Source of the DNA: Bacteroidales bacterium OttesenSCG-928-B11
Lineage (GTDB): Bacteria; Bacteroidota; Bacteroidia; Bacteroidales; WCHB1-69
Direction of reading: 5' to 3'
Assembly: GCA_030267125.1 (NCBI GenBank)
Contig: JAJDJJ010000001.1
Location: forward strand, 78,027-142,026
DNA: 64,000 nt
A program made the translations under genes and the position numbers. Numbering within the stretch: position 1 is the first letter of the stretch; each line of letters opens with the position of its first letter. Under the pieces are notes generated by a model. It saw only the letters and a program-made list of their open reading frames with translations. It was not told where the DNA came from and did no database searches. Positions 8,826-18,485 of this stretch are shown here, piece after piece.

Positions 8826-10148
8826 ATGAAAAACAATCTTTATTTAAGAGAAGAAAAAATAAACCGGACCGACATTCATTCCGCTGTTTTTTTTGCATTG
8901 ATGACGCTGATCATAGCGGTGCAGCCTTTTACGTTTTACTTAAATTTGCCGATCGCCATTGCATTGCTGATCAACTGGATTGCGGAATGGGATTGGAAAG
9001 CGAAGCGGCAACGTATTGACACGCCGCAGAAAAAAGTGCTGTTCTGCGTATTCTTATCCATCTTTGCGATTTATATGATCGGAATTTTCTATTCAACAAA
9101 CACCCAGCGAGCATTGGCTGAGTTAGAGTATAAGTTGTGGTTTCTGGTAGCTCCATTAACGATCTTCACTGCTCCGCCCGAAAGGTTGAATAACAAAAAA
9201 ATACTTTTCTTAGCCCGCATTTTCTTGATCTCCTTGCTGCTGTTGATTCTCACGAATTTCTCCATAGCTGTATGGAAATGTATTGAAGCACCCAGGTATT
9301 ATTATTTCGTTTACATCCACCTTTCAAATTTTATGCATCCGGCCTATAGTGCGATGCATGTCAGCACCGGATTGATTGTGGCTTTTCATCTGTTTTTACA
9401 TCAAAACAAACAGCGCCAATGGCGTTTTTTAACAACTATCTCGATGATTGTTTTCCCCATTTACATATTTCTATTGCAATCTAAAGCGGGGTTATTGGCA
9501 CTTTTGATTTTGTTTATTCTGATGAGTTTATATCTTATAAACCGGAGAAAACGGCGATTGCTGCCAAGTCTTGTTTTTGTCTCGTTACTTATTCTTATCC
9601 CTACGACTCTTTTTTTCGTTGTCCCGGAACCGTATAACCGTTTGAAACCGGCTGTGAGGCAATTGGTTTCGGATGATAGAGATAAAGATGCGTCGGATGG
9701 GACAGGATTGCGCTTGGCCGTTTGGCAAGCCAGTTGGAAAGTGGCGATGCAGCATCCGCTATTTGGCGTTGGTCCCGGTGATGTGCGAGACGAATTGATG
9801 AAAGAGTATGAAAAAAGCGACAATATACACTTGACGGAGCATCAGTTTAATTGCCATAATCAGTATCTGCAAACATTCGTAGGGCTGGGGCTTGCGGGGC
9901 TACTTGTCTTGCTGTGTTATTTTTGTATACCGTTAGGGTATGCCATTCGCCATAAGAAAATTACATACATCTTGTTCCTCCTCCTCATTCTCATCAACCT
10001 CTTTTCCGAATCTATGTTTGAACGAAAGGCCGGAGGAGATTTTATAGCGATAACCGGGGTTTTGTTTTGTTATTACTTTTTATGGAAGAAATCACCTCTC
10101 ACCGTATCCTCGCACTCATCCCCCCGCCTGCAGCAATCTTCTGTTTAA
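8826..10148 (+). CDS. O-antigen ligase/polymerase-like membrane protein (Wzy_C family)
   Basis: About 10-12 hydrophobic segments with a periplasmic-loop block (GTGLRLAVWQASWKVAMQHPLFGVGPGD...HNQYLQ) typical of the O-antigen ligase family. Follows the flippase gene. Confidence 0.7.
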   Translation: MKNNLYLREEKINRTDIHSAVFFALMTLIIAVQPFTFYLNLPIAIALLINWIAEWDWKAKRQRIDTPQKKVLFCVFLSIFAIYMIGIFYSTNTQRALAELEYKLWFLVAPLTIFTAPPERLNNKKILFLARIFLISLLLLILTNFSIAVWKCIEAPRYYYFVYIHLSNFMHPAYSAMHVSTGLIVAFHLFLHQNKQRQWRFLTTISMIVFPIYIFLLQSKAGLLALLILFILMSLYLINRRKRRLLPSLVFVSLLILIPTTLFFVVPEPYNRLKPAVRQLVSDDRDKDASDGTGLRLAVWQASWKVAMQHPLFGVGPGDVRDELMKEYEKSDNIHLTEHQFNCHNQYLQTFVGLGLAGLLVLLCYFCIPLGYAIRHKKITYILFLLLILINLFSESMFERKAGGDFIAITGVLFCYYFLWKKSPLTVSSHSSPRLQQSSV

Positions 10149-12201
10149 GTTTGGTTTTAGATGTAATTTTCATATTCTTAACGGAATATGATTTGGGATT
10201 ATCTTGCCAATGAGCATTATCGCCATCAGCGTAGAGTGTGAGTTCATACTGCTTTCCGGGTTTCAAAAAGCTGAAACTGATGACGGTTTCACGGGCATGT
10301 TCGTCGGTGATGGATCCGATGAACCATTCGTCCTTGCCGCGGGCTTTGCGGGCAATGGTGATGAAATCCCCCGGTTCGGCCTCGAGGATGCATGTGGTGT
10401 CCCAATCCACGGCAACATCCTTGATGAACTGGAAAGCATCGGGATGTTTTTCGTAGTTGACAGGCAAATCGGCAGCCATTTGCAGAGGGCTGTACATTAT
10501 TACATAGAGTGCCAATTGCTTTACCAGCGTGCTGCTCAGTTTGGCCGGATTGCTACCGTAAATCGAAAGATCGCCTTCGAAAATACCGGGAGTATAGTCC
10601 ATTGGGCCGCCCACCAAACGGGTGAAAGGGAGGATGGTCGTGTGATTGGGGTGATTGCCCCTGAAACTTTCAAACTCTGTTCCTCTTGCCGATTCCGCCG
10701 CCAACCAGTTAGGGTAGGTGCGGCACAATCCTGTGGGGCGTACCGATTCATGCGAGTTTACCATGATCTTGTATTCAGCAGCTTTTTCGATGACACGGTT
10801 GTAGTGATTCACCATCCACTGCCCATCGTGGTGTTCACTACGGGGGATGATCGGGCCAACATAACCGGTTTTTACGGCAGGATAACCATGCGTCACCATA
10901 AAACGAAATGCGGTATCCAATTGCCGTTCGTAACTGATTACGGCGGAAGTGGTTTCATGATGCATGATCAGTACGATACCCTTTTCCGAAGCATACTGTC
11001 GCAACTTCTTTACATCAAAGTCGGGGTATGGCTTTGTGAAGTTATAAATCTCATCTTTCACAAAAGCGACATTATCTTCCCAACCTTCGTTCCAACCTTC
11101 CACCAACACGGCATCAAAGCCATGTTTTGCGGCGAAATCAATATGATATTTCACATTCTCGGTGGTGGCACCGTGCTTGCCGCTGGGCGTGAGCTTGCTA
11201 TAATCTGTCTCGCCAATGCGGATTCCCTGATGCTTGGTGTATGACCATGAAGAACCGCCTCCCGTGAAATATTCCCACCAAACGCCAATGTACTTCATCG
11301 GTTTGATCCAAGAAAAATCCTCTATTTTGCAAGGTTCATTAAGGTTTAGAATGAGATTGGATGCCAGTATGTCGCGTGCGTCATCCGAAACGATGATGGT
11401 GCGCCAAGGCGAGCGATCCCCCGTTTGTGCATAGACTTTATTGCCTCGAAAGTCGGGTACAAGGTGTGCGCTAAGTTGGAAGTTGAGGTCGTCCACATTC
11501 AGCTGCATTGCCGCAAAGTTAACTAAAGCGGCTTCATGGATGTTGATGTAAAGCCCGTTGTCACTTTTCAGTAACAACGGCGTTTGTATCGCCAGATTCG
11601 GCGTGAAACTCTTGGCGGCGAGTGGTTCTTCCCGCACCTTATCGATCAGCTGGTTAATCTCTGAAAGTTTGGAAATGGTGGTTGGATATTCGTTGGTGTC
11701 GTAATCGCCGGGCAACCAAAAAGCAGTGTGATCTCCGGTAAGATTGAATTGTGTAATTTCTTCTTGGATAATGAAATGCAAAAGGTTGTCTTGCATTGGA
11801 AAATCATATCGAAATCCTAATCCATCGTTAAATAGTCTAAAAGTGATCAGAAGAATGCGATTTGTCTCTTTCTGCTTTAGTTTAACAACCAATTCGTTAT
11901 AATGATTCCGAATGAAACGGTTCTCCCCCCACACCGTCTCCCAAGTGTGATCCACACTGTTTTGTGTGGCGTCGACAATGGTGAAATCATGGGCCAGCGG
12001 TGTGCTCCATTGGATATGGAATCCCATTTTACTCTCTTTAATTACCGGCTTGTTTTTATACGAAAGCGCATAGACCGGTTCGCCATCTTCGCTGACTTTA
12101 AATGTTAAATTCAGTTGCTTATCGGGTGAATAGAGAGAAATATTAGCATATCCCAAAGCCGAGAATAAAACAAAGGCTGCAAACAGTAAGTGACGTTTCA
12201 T
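10099..12201 (-). CDS. glycoside hydrolase family 97 (SusB-like alpha-glucosidase)
   Basis: 700 aa with a signal peptide. N-terminal pattern SPDKQLNLTFKVSEDGEPVYALSYKNKPVIKESKMGF and overall length match GH97. Confidence 0.88.
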   Translation of the reverse strand: MKRHLLFAAFVLFSALGYANISLYSPDKQLNLTFKVSEDGEPVYALSYKNKPVIKESKMGFHIQWSTPLAHDFTIVDATQNSVDHTWETVWGENRFIRNHYNELVVKLKQKETNRILLITFRLFNDGLGFRYDFPMQDNLLHFIIQEEITQFNLTGDHTAFWLPGDYDTNEYPTTISKLSEINQLIDKVREEPLAAKSFTPNLAIQTPLLLKSDNGLYINIHEAALVNFAAMQLNVDDLNFQLSAHLVPDFRGNKVYAQTGDRSPWRTIIVSDDARDILASNLILNLNEPCKIEDFSWIKPMKYIGVWWEYFTGGGSSWSYTKHQGIRIGETDYSKLTPSGKHGATTENVKYHIDFAAKHGFDAVLVEGWNEGWEDNVAFVKDEIYNFTKPYPDFDVKKLRQYASEKGIVLIMHHETTSAVISYERQLDTAFRFMVTHGYPAVKTGYVGPIIPRSEHHDGQWMVNHYNRVIEKAAEYKIMVNSHESVRPTGLCRTYPNWLAAESARGTEFESFRGNHPNHTTILPFTRLVGGPMDYTPGIFEGDLSIYGSNPAKLSSTLVKQLALYVIMYSPLQMAADLPVNYEKHPDAFQFIKDVAVDWDTTCILEAEPGDFITIARKARGKDEWFIGSITDEHARETVISFSFLKPGKQYELTLYADGDNAHWQDNPKSYSVKNMKITSKTKLKQKIAAGGGMSARIR

Positions 12202-12244
12202 ACGGTTATGTTTTTTATGTTAAACTCAGTTCATAAGGAATATG

Positions 12245-12270
12245 AAAAATGGCGATATTATCGCCATTTT
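12245..12270 (-). terminator. terminator downstream of lipoprotein gene 12299-12748
   Basis: aaaaATGGCGATAttATCGCCATtttt palindrome with a T tract on the minus strand. Confidence 0.75.
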
Positions 12271-12298
12271 AACTTGCTATTATGTGTTCTTTGAAGAT

Positions 12299-12748
12299 TT
12301 ATTGCTTTGAGAAAGTAACACCTTGAACACTAACTGCTTCCAAGCCGGCTGCGTCATCTCTTGGTATGCTGATATCTAAGGTCATCGTTTTTTTATCGAC
12401 AGTTCCATTCCAAGTTGCCCCTTTTGCGGAAATAGTAATATCTTTTTTGTCGCAGCTGAACGTCCCGATATAGGGTATCTCGGTGGTGAAGCTAGGGCTG
12501 GCGCTATTATTGTACTTGAAAACTATCTTATGATTGACGCTCACAGCATTACCTGAGAAATCCAGATCGATGTTATGCGTGTATGTACCTACTGGATTTG
12601 TCTGTTCAAAGCTGCTGCTTTTCCAAGTGGTGCCGTCCAATTTGTTCTCCATATTACATGAAAAAATGGCGACAGCAAATAAAGTTAAGAATAATCCTCT
12701 TGAAATTTTAGTGGCTTTTGTGCTGAATTGTGTAAATCTTTTTTTCAT
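12299..12748 (-). CDS. small lipoprotein (lipocalin-like, function unknown)
   Basis: Signal peptide with lipobox (AIFSC). LDGTTWKSS motif. 149 aa. Confidence 0.6.
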   Translation of the reverse strand: MKKRFTQFSTKATKISRGLFLTLFAVAIFSCNMENKLDGTTWKSSSFEQTNPVGTYTHNIDLDFSGNAVSVNHKIVFKYNNSASPSFTTEIPYIGTFSCDKKDITISAKGATWNGTVDKKTMTLDISIPRDDAAGLEAVSVQGVTFSKQ

Positions 12749-12944
12749 TTTTTTGGTGTTTAACGTCCATCCTTTGCATGGACAAGTTAATGGGTTTGTG
12801 ATTCAAGAATGCAAAAGTAGCTTTTTTATAAATATGTTGAGATGAATATTTCACTTTTACAGATAAAGAAATAACACCATCTGCAAATGCGGATAATTTT
12901 AATCATTCTTCTCCCTGTCACCCACCTTTATACTTATTAGCCCC

Positions 12945-15900
12945 TTAATCTCCCGGCTTCACATTCGCCTTCAACGAATCGCTGATCAGTTTCTTCAGTC
13001 TCATGATTTCTTGATCGACAACGCGTTGTTTTTTAGGATTGTAGAGATGTGCGTATTTGCAAGGGACAAGCTTAAACTTATAGTCTCCGTCAACGGCTCT
13101 GACATCCAAGCCGAGCCGGATGGGAAGTGGGGTGTCGGTTACGGAGATGTGGTAGTTGCCGGTCATCTTGCGATTTTCAGCGGATTTGGCATGGTCATAG
13201 AAGGAGAAATTGTGCTTGCCGTCGATGACCGCCTGCCAACGGTCGATAGATATGACAAACGGATAGACATCCACCTCGTTGCGGAAAAGAGTCATTTCCA
13301 CGGATAGACTGTCAATGAGATTCTTCGTTTTTTTCTTGAAATTCAACATGTTGGATATTTCGGAAAAGGTCTCTCCGTCCAATACCACCAAGCTGTCGCC
13401 GCTGATGGCCATCGCCCCGCGCAAAGTGGAGAACTTGATGTCGTAGTTTGATTTAAGATATGTTTCTACTGCAAAATGAAATTCCGCATCGCCTTCAAAA
13501 GAACCGAGCATCGGCAGCATTCCTTCTAAAAATGGCAACATCTCAATGAGTTTGGCTATGTTGACATCCAAGAGATGGAAATCAACGCCCGCAAAAAGAT
13601 GGTTCATCCTGGACGACCGGTAGATGGCGGTGAGCTGCATCTCGGCAGCTTCACTGGTGAATCCCATCTGTTCTAAAACCAGCACTCCGTCTTTGACCAC
13701 TAATTTGCCCCCCAAATCCATCAATGCCGTATTCCCGAAGAGCGCATTCTTGGCAGTGGTAACTAATGTGATATCAATACCGTGTGGCACCATGAAAGGA
13801 TTGTCAGTTGCGTTTTCCTTCTCTTCAATCTCCGTGGAATCCGCATTCAATCCATTGAAAACATCCATGATTTGGTTCACATCTACAAAATCGGAGACAA
13901 ACTCCAGATCGCCTTTCAAAAGACCGGTTTTGTCTAAGTATTTGTCGATATCGGTTACTAATCCCGAAAGGTTGAAGATGGAATTGCCAAAGATGATCCG
14001 GCTTTTTTGAATGTCAAATTTACCCGGGGTGAAATCGAAGTTGATACTGGGGATTTCAATGGGGTAGGGGATTTCCGCCATATTGACCGTCGCATTTTGT
14101 AAATCCACTTTCAGATTCGGATTCCATTGCAGTAAAAATTCTTCCTTTTTGTCATCATAAACGGCATGCCCTTCGAGAGCTAATTTTTCTGTTCCGGCAT
14201 AGATGTTTTTCCCGTTACGCAGTTGCAGGCTACTATTGTTAAATGAGAAATGGATATCCGGATTTTGTGGGTTGCGTGTGGCGGGCTTCAGATTTATAAT
14301 GCCGCTGGGTTGGGTGGATTTAACAAATAAAGTGTCCATTTCCATGGATATATTGCCGAAACTGAAGGCGCAGTCGATGAACGGCAAACGGGTGGTGTCC
14401 ATGAAATTAGAGATTGTCATTTCCAGACTGGCATTTTTAAGATTGGCATCCAGCAGATCGGTCATGGAAACAGTGAGGGCGCCTGCATCAATCTCAGCGG
14501 AAAGCAGCCGGTTCGCACGGGTTATCTCTTTAGGCGGCATGGAAAAATCCACAACGGCCACATCGCTTTTAATCAGCATTGAGTCCCCATAACTGACATC
14601 CAGCCCCTTTGCCTTTATGGAGCCGGATGCTTTGATTTTTTCTAACTCCAAATTAGTTAATTGTCCGATTGTAAAGCTACCGGTTGCTGTTAGATCAACG
14701 TTCCCGATTGCCGTGATATCCTTTGGGAGAAGTGGCGCCAACTCCGGTAGGTTTACGTTGCCGGCTACTTGCAAGTCACATACTCCGTCGGTCATCAGGT
14801 CTTTTACCGTTCCACTTAGGGAGAGGTCGGATTCGCCGGTCTTTGCCTCGAAATTTTCGATTGTGAGTGACGTGTTACCATCATCGGTCAAGTCGAGATG
14901 GACATGGGTGTTGATATTTTGAAAATGATAGGGTATTGTGGTGTGGCTGAAAGCAGCATCATACAATTTTACCCCAACGGAAATTGACGGGATCAGCGTG
15001 TCGTTATAGGTGCCTCGCAATGCGCCCGTAAAGGCAAAATCTCCGCTCATGTCGATATTCTCCAGTAGGTAATTGAATTCCGAAGGCACTAATGTTAATA
15101 GTTGCCCGATATCCCATGTCTCGCTTTCGATTTGCAGATCCATCTCCACATCGCCTGTTTTTTTGTACGCGGCACTGCCTTTGATCTTCAATAAGTGTTC
15201 CTTGACTTTGACTATGGCTAAATTGGTTGAAAATGCTTGTTTATTGATAGATGCGTATAATGGCGCATCCAGGGAAGCATCCCATTTGTCCACATACACC
15301 GAATCTTTCAAGCTCAAAAACAACTTCGATAAGTCTAAAGCCAAATCGCCTTCAATCTCGTCGAAATTAACAAGTTTTCCATTAAAATCCAATGCTAAAT
15401 TATTACTTTTAGCAACTACATTGTTGCTGTCGGATAATGCGAATGAAATAGACCCCGTGTTTAACTTTGCCTTAGCGTTGATCACATCATCTTTCATGTT
15501 ACCCTGAATAGTTGTGTTGATGTTATTGATTTTCGTGGAAATATCGTTAGATCTGTCCCGATAAGACACATTCAGTTTTTTCACATCGACTTTTTGAATA
15601 TCCACACCGCCAATTGTAAATTGACTATCGTCCTCTGATTCAGGGATAATGAAAACATCAAAATTGGTATTGCCTTTGGAGTCTACAAAAAGGTTTGTAA
15701 AAGCATCTTCCAAAAAGAATTTATTGATGATATAGTTGTTGCTTTTTAGCAGCTCCCGAATATTTAGCGAAACTACACACTCTTTTATTTTAGCCAGTGT
15801 GTCAGACGGCGCCCCTTTTGTCGGATTGACTAATATCACATCATTGATTTTCACCCCTACATCGGGAAAAGTCTTGAACACAGTGAGTTCTACTTTTCCG

Positions 15901-16067
15901 AAATGATACTCGCAACTGATGAACCGTGCCGCTTGTTTGTTGACAATGGGAGTTAACCTTTCGGGTGTAACCAATATTCTTGCCGCAATGGTTATTGCGA
16001 TTATCGCCAACACAAGCAGTGAAGCCAGTACAATTAGGGTGATTTTAACAACTTTTCTTCTTCTCAT
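12945..16067 (-). CDS. AsmA-family outer-membrane biogenesis protein
   Basis: 1040 aa with a single N-terminal TM anchor (ITLIVLASLLVLAIIAITIAA), then a long beta-rich region as in AsmA/TamB-like proteins. Confidence 0.8.
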   Translation of the reverse strand: MRRRKVVKITLIVLASLLVLAIIAITIAARILVTPERLTPIVNKQAARFISCEYHFGKVELTVFKTFPDVGVKINDVILVNPTKGAPSDTLAKIKECVVSLNIRELLKSNNYIINKFFLEDAFTNLFVDSKGNTNFDVFIIPESEDDSQFTIGGVDIQKVDVKKLNVSYRDRSNDISTKINNINTTIQGNMKDDVINAKAKLNTGSISFALSDSNNVVAKSNNLALDFNGKLVNFDEIEGDLALDLSKLFLSLKDSVYVDKWDASLDAPLYASINKQAFSTNLAIVKVKEHLLKIKGSAAYKKTGDVEMDLQIESETWDIGQLLTLVPSEFNYLLENIDMSGDFAFTGALRGTYNDTLIPSISVGVKLYDAAFSHTTIPYHFQNINTHVHLDLTDDGNTSLTIENFEAKTGESDLSLSGTVKDLMTDGVCDLQVAGNVNLPELAPLLPKDITAIGNVDLTATGSFTIGQLTNLELEKIKASGSIKAKGLDVSYGDSMLIKSDVAVVDFSMPPKEITRANRLLSAEIDAGALTVSMTDLLDANLKNASLEMTISNFMDTTRLPFIDCAFSFGNISMEMDTLFVKSTQPSGIINLKPATRNPQNPDIHFSFNNSSLQLRNGKNIYAGTEKLALEGHAVYDDKKEEFLLQWNPNLKVDLQNATVNMAEIPYPIEIPSINFDFTPGKFDIQKSRIIFGNSIFNLSGLVTDIDKYLDKTGLLKGDLEFVSDFVDVNQIMDVFNGLNADSTEIEEKENATDNPFMVPHGIDITLVTTAKNALFGNTALMDLGGKLVVKDGVLVLEQMGFTSEAAEMQLTAIYRSSRMNHLFAGVDFHLLDVNIAKLIEMLPFLEGMLPMLGSFEGDAEFHFAVETYLKSNYDIKFSTLRGAMAISGDSLVVLDGETFSEISNMLNFKKKTKNLIDSLSVEMTLFRNEVDVYPFVISIDRWQAVIDGKHNFSFYDHAKSAENRKMTGNYHISVTDTPLPIRLGLDVRAVDGDYKFKLVPCKYAHLYNPKKQRVVDQEIMRLKKLISDSLKANVKPGD

Positions 16068-16420
16068 TGCATTTTAGTGAAATTATAACTCCTGTCATAG
16101 GTGTCTTCATACTGCAACGTTGTGGAATTGAGTTCGGTAACCTTATAGTTTTTAGGAATCCTACCCCCCATCTCCATGATATGGATGTGTTCCAGTTTAT
16201 CTTTATTTAAAGACCATTCAAAAGGTTGTGCCTCTTCTTCGGTCACATCATCGGCTTCATCCCAAGTGTAACCGGTGCCATCGGATTTGTAAACCTCAAA
16301 CAGCGTGTTTTGCTTCCATTTTCCGTGAAGTAGTGTGGGATCGAATTCTTTTTCCCGTTCACAAGCTATACAAAAAACAACTAATATCGCGCTTAAAATG
16401 AGGAGTTTATTTTTTTTCAT
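16064..16420 (-). CDS. small lipoprotein (lipocalin-like)
   Basis: Start is likely MKKNKLLILSAILVVFCIAC, at the ATG whose first base is 16420. LHGKWK motif. Its stop overlaps the asmA start (ATGA at 16064-16067). Confidence 0.6.
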   Translation of the reverse strand: MKKNKLLILSAILVVFCIACEREKEFDPTLLHGKWKQNTLFEVYKSDGTGYTWDEADDVTEEEAQPFEWSLNKDKLEHIHIMEMGGRIPKNYKVTELNSTTLQYEDTYDRSYNFTKMQ

Positions 16421-16470
16421 ATCGATTTGTGTTGTATTTCTAACAGACCTGCAAATATACAAGTTCTTCA

Positions 16471-17124
16471 TCAAAGAAATCTGACCAAATCTTCATAAAG
16501 CATATCGTTGTCTTGAATGTAAGTTTCATGTTTATGTCCGGGGATAATTTTGAGTTTTGCGTTAGGCATGGTGTTTACAAGATTAGTATAGGTTTCTAAT
16601 TTGAAAACCTCTTTCTCCGCGGCAATAATTAGTGTTTCCGTATGGATATCCCGAACATCTCCCAGTTCGATATTGGGTTCGTCCAGCATCAATTTCAATA
16701 GGGGATCTTTGGTCTCATTGTAATTTTTCCAGATGATATCGTAGATTTTATCCCTGAAATCGGTCGGTTTCAAATTCACTCCTAATAAAACCAATTTGTC
16801 GAAAACACTTTGATCCTCAATCGCCATCATCAACCCAATGATGGCGCCGTCACTAAAACCGAGCAATGAAACTTGTTCCAGGTTTAGCGCTTCGATGAAA
16901 GCAAACATATCCTCCCGCATTGTCTCGTAAGAAAACAAATCGGTTTTTTCACTCTCCCCATGGTTGCGACTGTCAATGGCATATATGGTGTAGTGATTTT
17001 TTAATTTTGCTGCTAACTTGTCAAAAATGTGATGATCTTCGCCATTTCCGTGCAAAAGCAGCAGCGGTTTTCCATTCCCCGATTTTTCATAATGGATGGT
17101 GACGTCGTTTACGGTAATTTTCAT
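16471..17124 (-). CDS. alpha/beta hydrolase
   Basis: HGNGED oxyanion region and GFSDG nucleophile elbow (GxSxG). 217 aa. Confidence 0.85.
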   Translation of the reverse strand: MKITVNDVTIHYEKSGNGKPLLLLHGNGEDHHIFDKLAAKLKNHYTIYAIDSRNHGESEKTDLFSYETMREDMFAFIEALNLEQVSLLGFSDGAIIGLMMAIEDQSVFDKLVLLGVNLKPTDFRDKIYDIIWKNYNETKDPLLKLMLDEPNIELGDVRDIHTETLIIAAEKEVFKLETYTNLVNTMPNAKLKIIPGHKHETYIQDNDMLYEDLVRFL

Positions 17125-17146
17125 TTTAGTTGATTTTGATAAACGG

Positions 17147-17154
17147 CAAAGATA
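17147..17154 (-). promoter_or_regulatory. -7 box upstream of the alpha/beta hydrolase-lipoprotein-asmA unit
   Basis: Minus strand reads TATCTTTG, 23 nt before the ATG at 17124. Confidence 0.5.
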
Positions 17155-17217
17155 AGGGAGATTTTTATAGGAGCGAATTTTATTTGATTAAGTTTTATTA
17201 ACATTTGAAAATTGTTG

Positions 17218-17225
17218 TATGTTTG
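17218..17225 (+). promoter_or_regulatory. -7 box upstream of the radical SAM gene
   Basis: TATGTTTG, 22 nt before the ATG at 17247. Confidence 0.45.
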
Positions 17226-17246
17226 CAACTTAATAATCATAACGAT

Positions 17247-18479
17247 ATGAAAAAAGAAAAAAAAGGTAAACAAGATCGTGCAGGAAGTTCTTTTGAACAG
17301 ATGAGCAAAACCAGAAAATTGGAATCTATATTTCTGTTTGTTACAGGGAAATGCAATGCGAAATGCAAAATGTGCTTCTATGCCGATGACATGGATATGA
17401 AAGAGGCGGATCTCACTTTTGAAGAGATGAGAAAACTGTCGGAAACCGCAGGGGAGTTTAACCGGCTATGGCTTTCGGGAGGCGAACCCACCTTGCGCGA
17501 AGATCTTCCTGAAATCATCGAGATGTTCTATAAAAACAACAAAGTCAAGGATATAAATATGCCTACTAATGGATTAAAACCCGACCGAGTGGTGGAGTGG
17601 GTGAAACGATTGCGCCAATCTTGTCCCGATTGTTCGATCACCGTGAGCATATCGCTTGATGGATTTGGAGATACGCATGATACACAGCGGGGTGTTCCCG
17701 GAAATTTCTATAAAGCAATAGAGACGATGCAGAAATTGACCGAAAATTTTAAAGATGACAAGAAAGTGTTGAAAAACGCCACCACAGTCATTACTCGATA
17801 TAATGTGGATGAGGTGCTGGATTTTATGATGTGGATGTTTGGTCGTTTCGATACTTCTACCCACACCATCGAGGCCGCAAGAGGCGAGACACGTGAAGAT
17901 GGCGTGAAGGTGTTGACCGAAAGTTCACTGAAAAAACTACAAGACGAAATGGCGCCAATCTACTCTGCGTATGCCGATCGAATGGTTAAAGATGACCAAG
18001 GAATGCGCAAATTTATGACCAAATTCTTCTTTCTCGGACTGATTCGCACACTATATGATGTCCGCGCAAGCAATATTGACAAGCCCACACCCTGGGGAAT
18101 GGACTGTACTGCAGGGGAAACCACATTGGTCGTTGACTATGACGGTCGGTTCCGTTCGTGTGAATTGCGTGAGCCAATCGGAAATGTGAAAGATTATGGG
18201 TGTGATGTGATGCAAATCATGCACGGCGAAGCCATGAAAAATGAAGTTGACGAGATTGGGTATGGCGACAAAGCCAATTGTTGGTGCACGCATGGTTGCT
18301 GGATCATGTCTTCAATCATCTTTAATCCTAAAAAAATGATAGCCAAGGTTTTCAAAGGTTACCGCCAGACAAAAAAGTTGAGTAAACCGCTGACATTTGA
18401 AGAGTCATTCTTGCAAGGATTGGAAGCTAAATATAATTTAGATAGAGAGAAACTTCAAAAACTAAACATTGTTAAATAA
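17247..18479 (+). CDS. radical SAM protein with C-terminal SPASM/twitch-like Cys region
   Basis: CNAKCKMC (CX3CX2C) at nt 17352-17375. GGEPTL SAM-binding block. C-terminal DCTAGE...DGRFRSC and CWCTHGC. The promoter box at 17218 favours the ATG at 17247 over the TTG at 17205. Confidence 0.85.
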   Translation: MKKEKKGKQDRAGSSFEQMSKTRKLESIFLFVTGKCNAKCKMCFYADDMDMKEADLTFEEMRKLSETAGEFNRLWLSGGEPTLREDLPEIIEMFYKNNKVKDINMPTNGLKPDRVVEWVKRLRQSCPDCSITVSISLDGFGDTHDTQRGVPGNFYKAIETMQKLTENFKDDKKVLKNATTVITRYNVDEVLDFMMWMFGRFDTSTHTIEAARGETREDGVKVLTESSLKKLQDEMAPIYSAYADRMVKDDQGMRKFMTKFFFLGLIRTLYDVRASNIDKPTPWGMDCTAGETTLVVDYDGRFRSCELREPIGNVKDYGCDVMQIMHGEAMKNEVDEIGYGDKANCWCTHGCWIMSSIIFNPKKMIAKVFKGYRQTKKLSKPLTFEESFLQGLEAKYNLDREKLQKLNIVK

Positions 18480-18485
18480 TTGATT

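Noticed and set aside
10204-11244. 346-aa plus-strand ORF, and several shorter ones, inside the GH97 gene
   Set aside because: It lies entirely antisense to a well-supported 700-aa GH97 ORF. The sequence is low-complexity, has no recognisable motifs and no promoter box. This is a typical shadow ORF.
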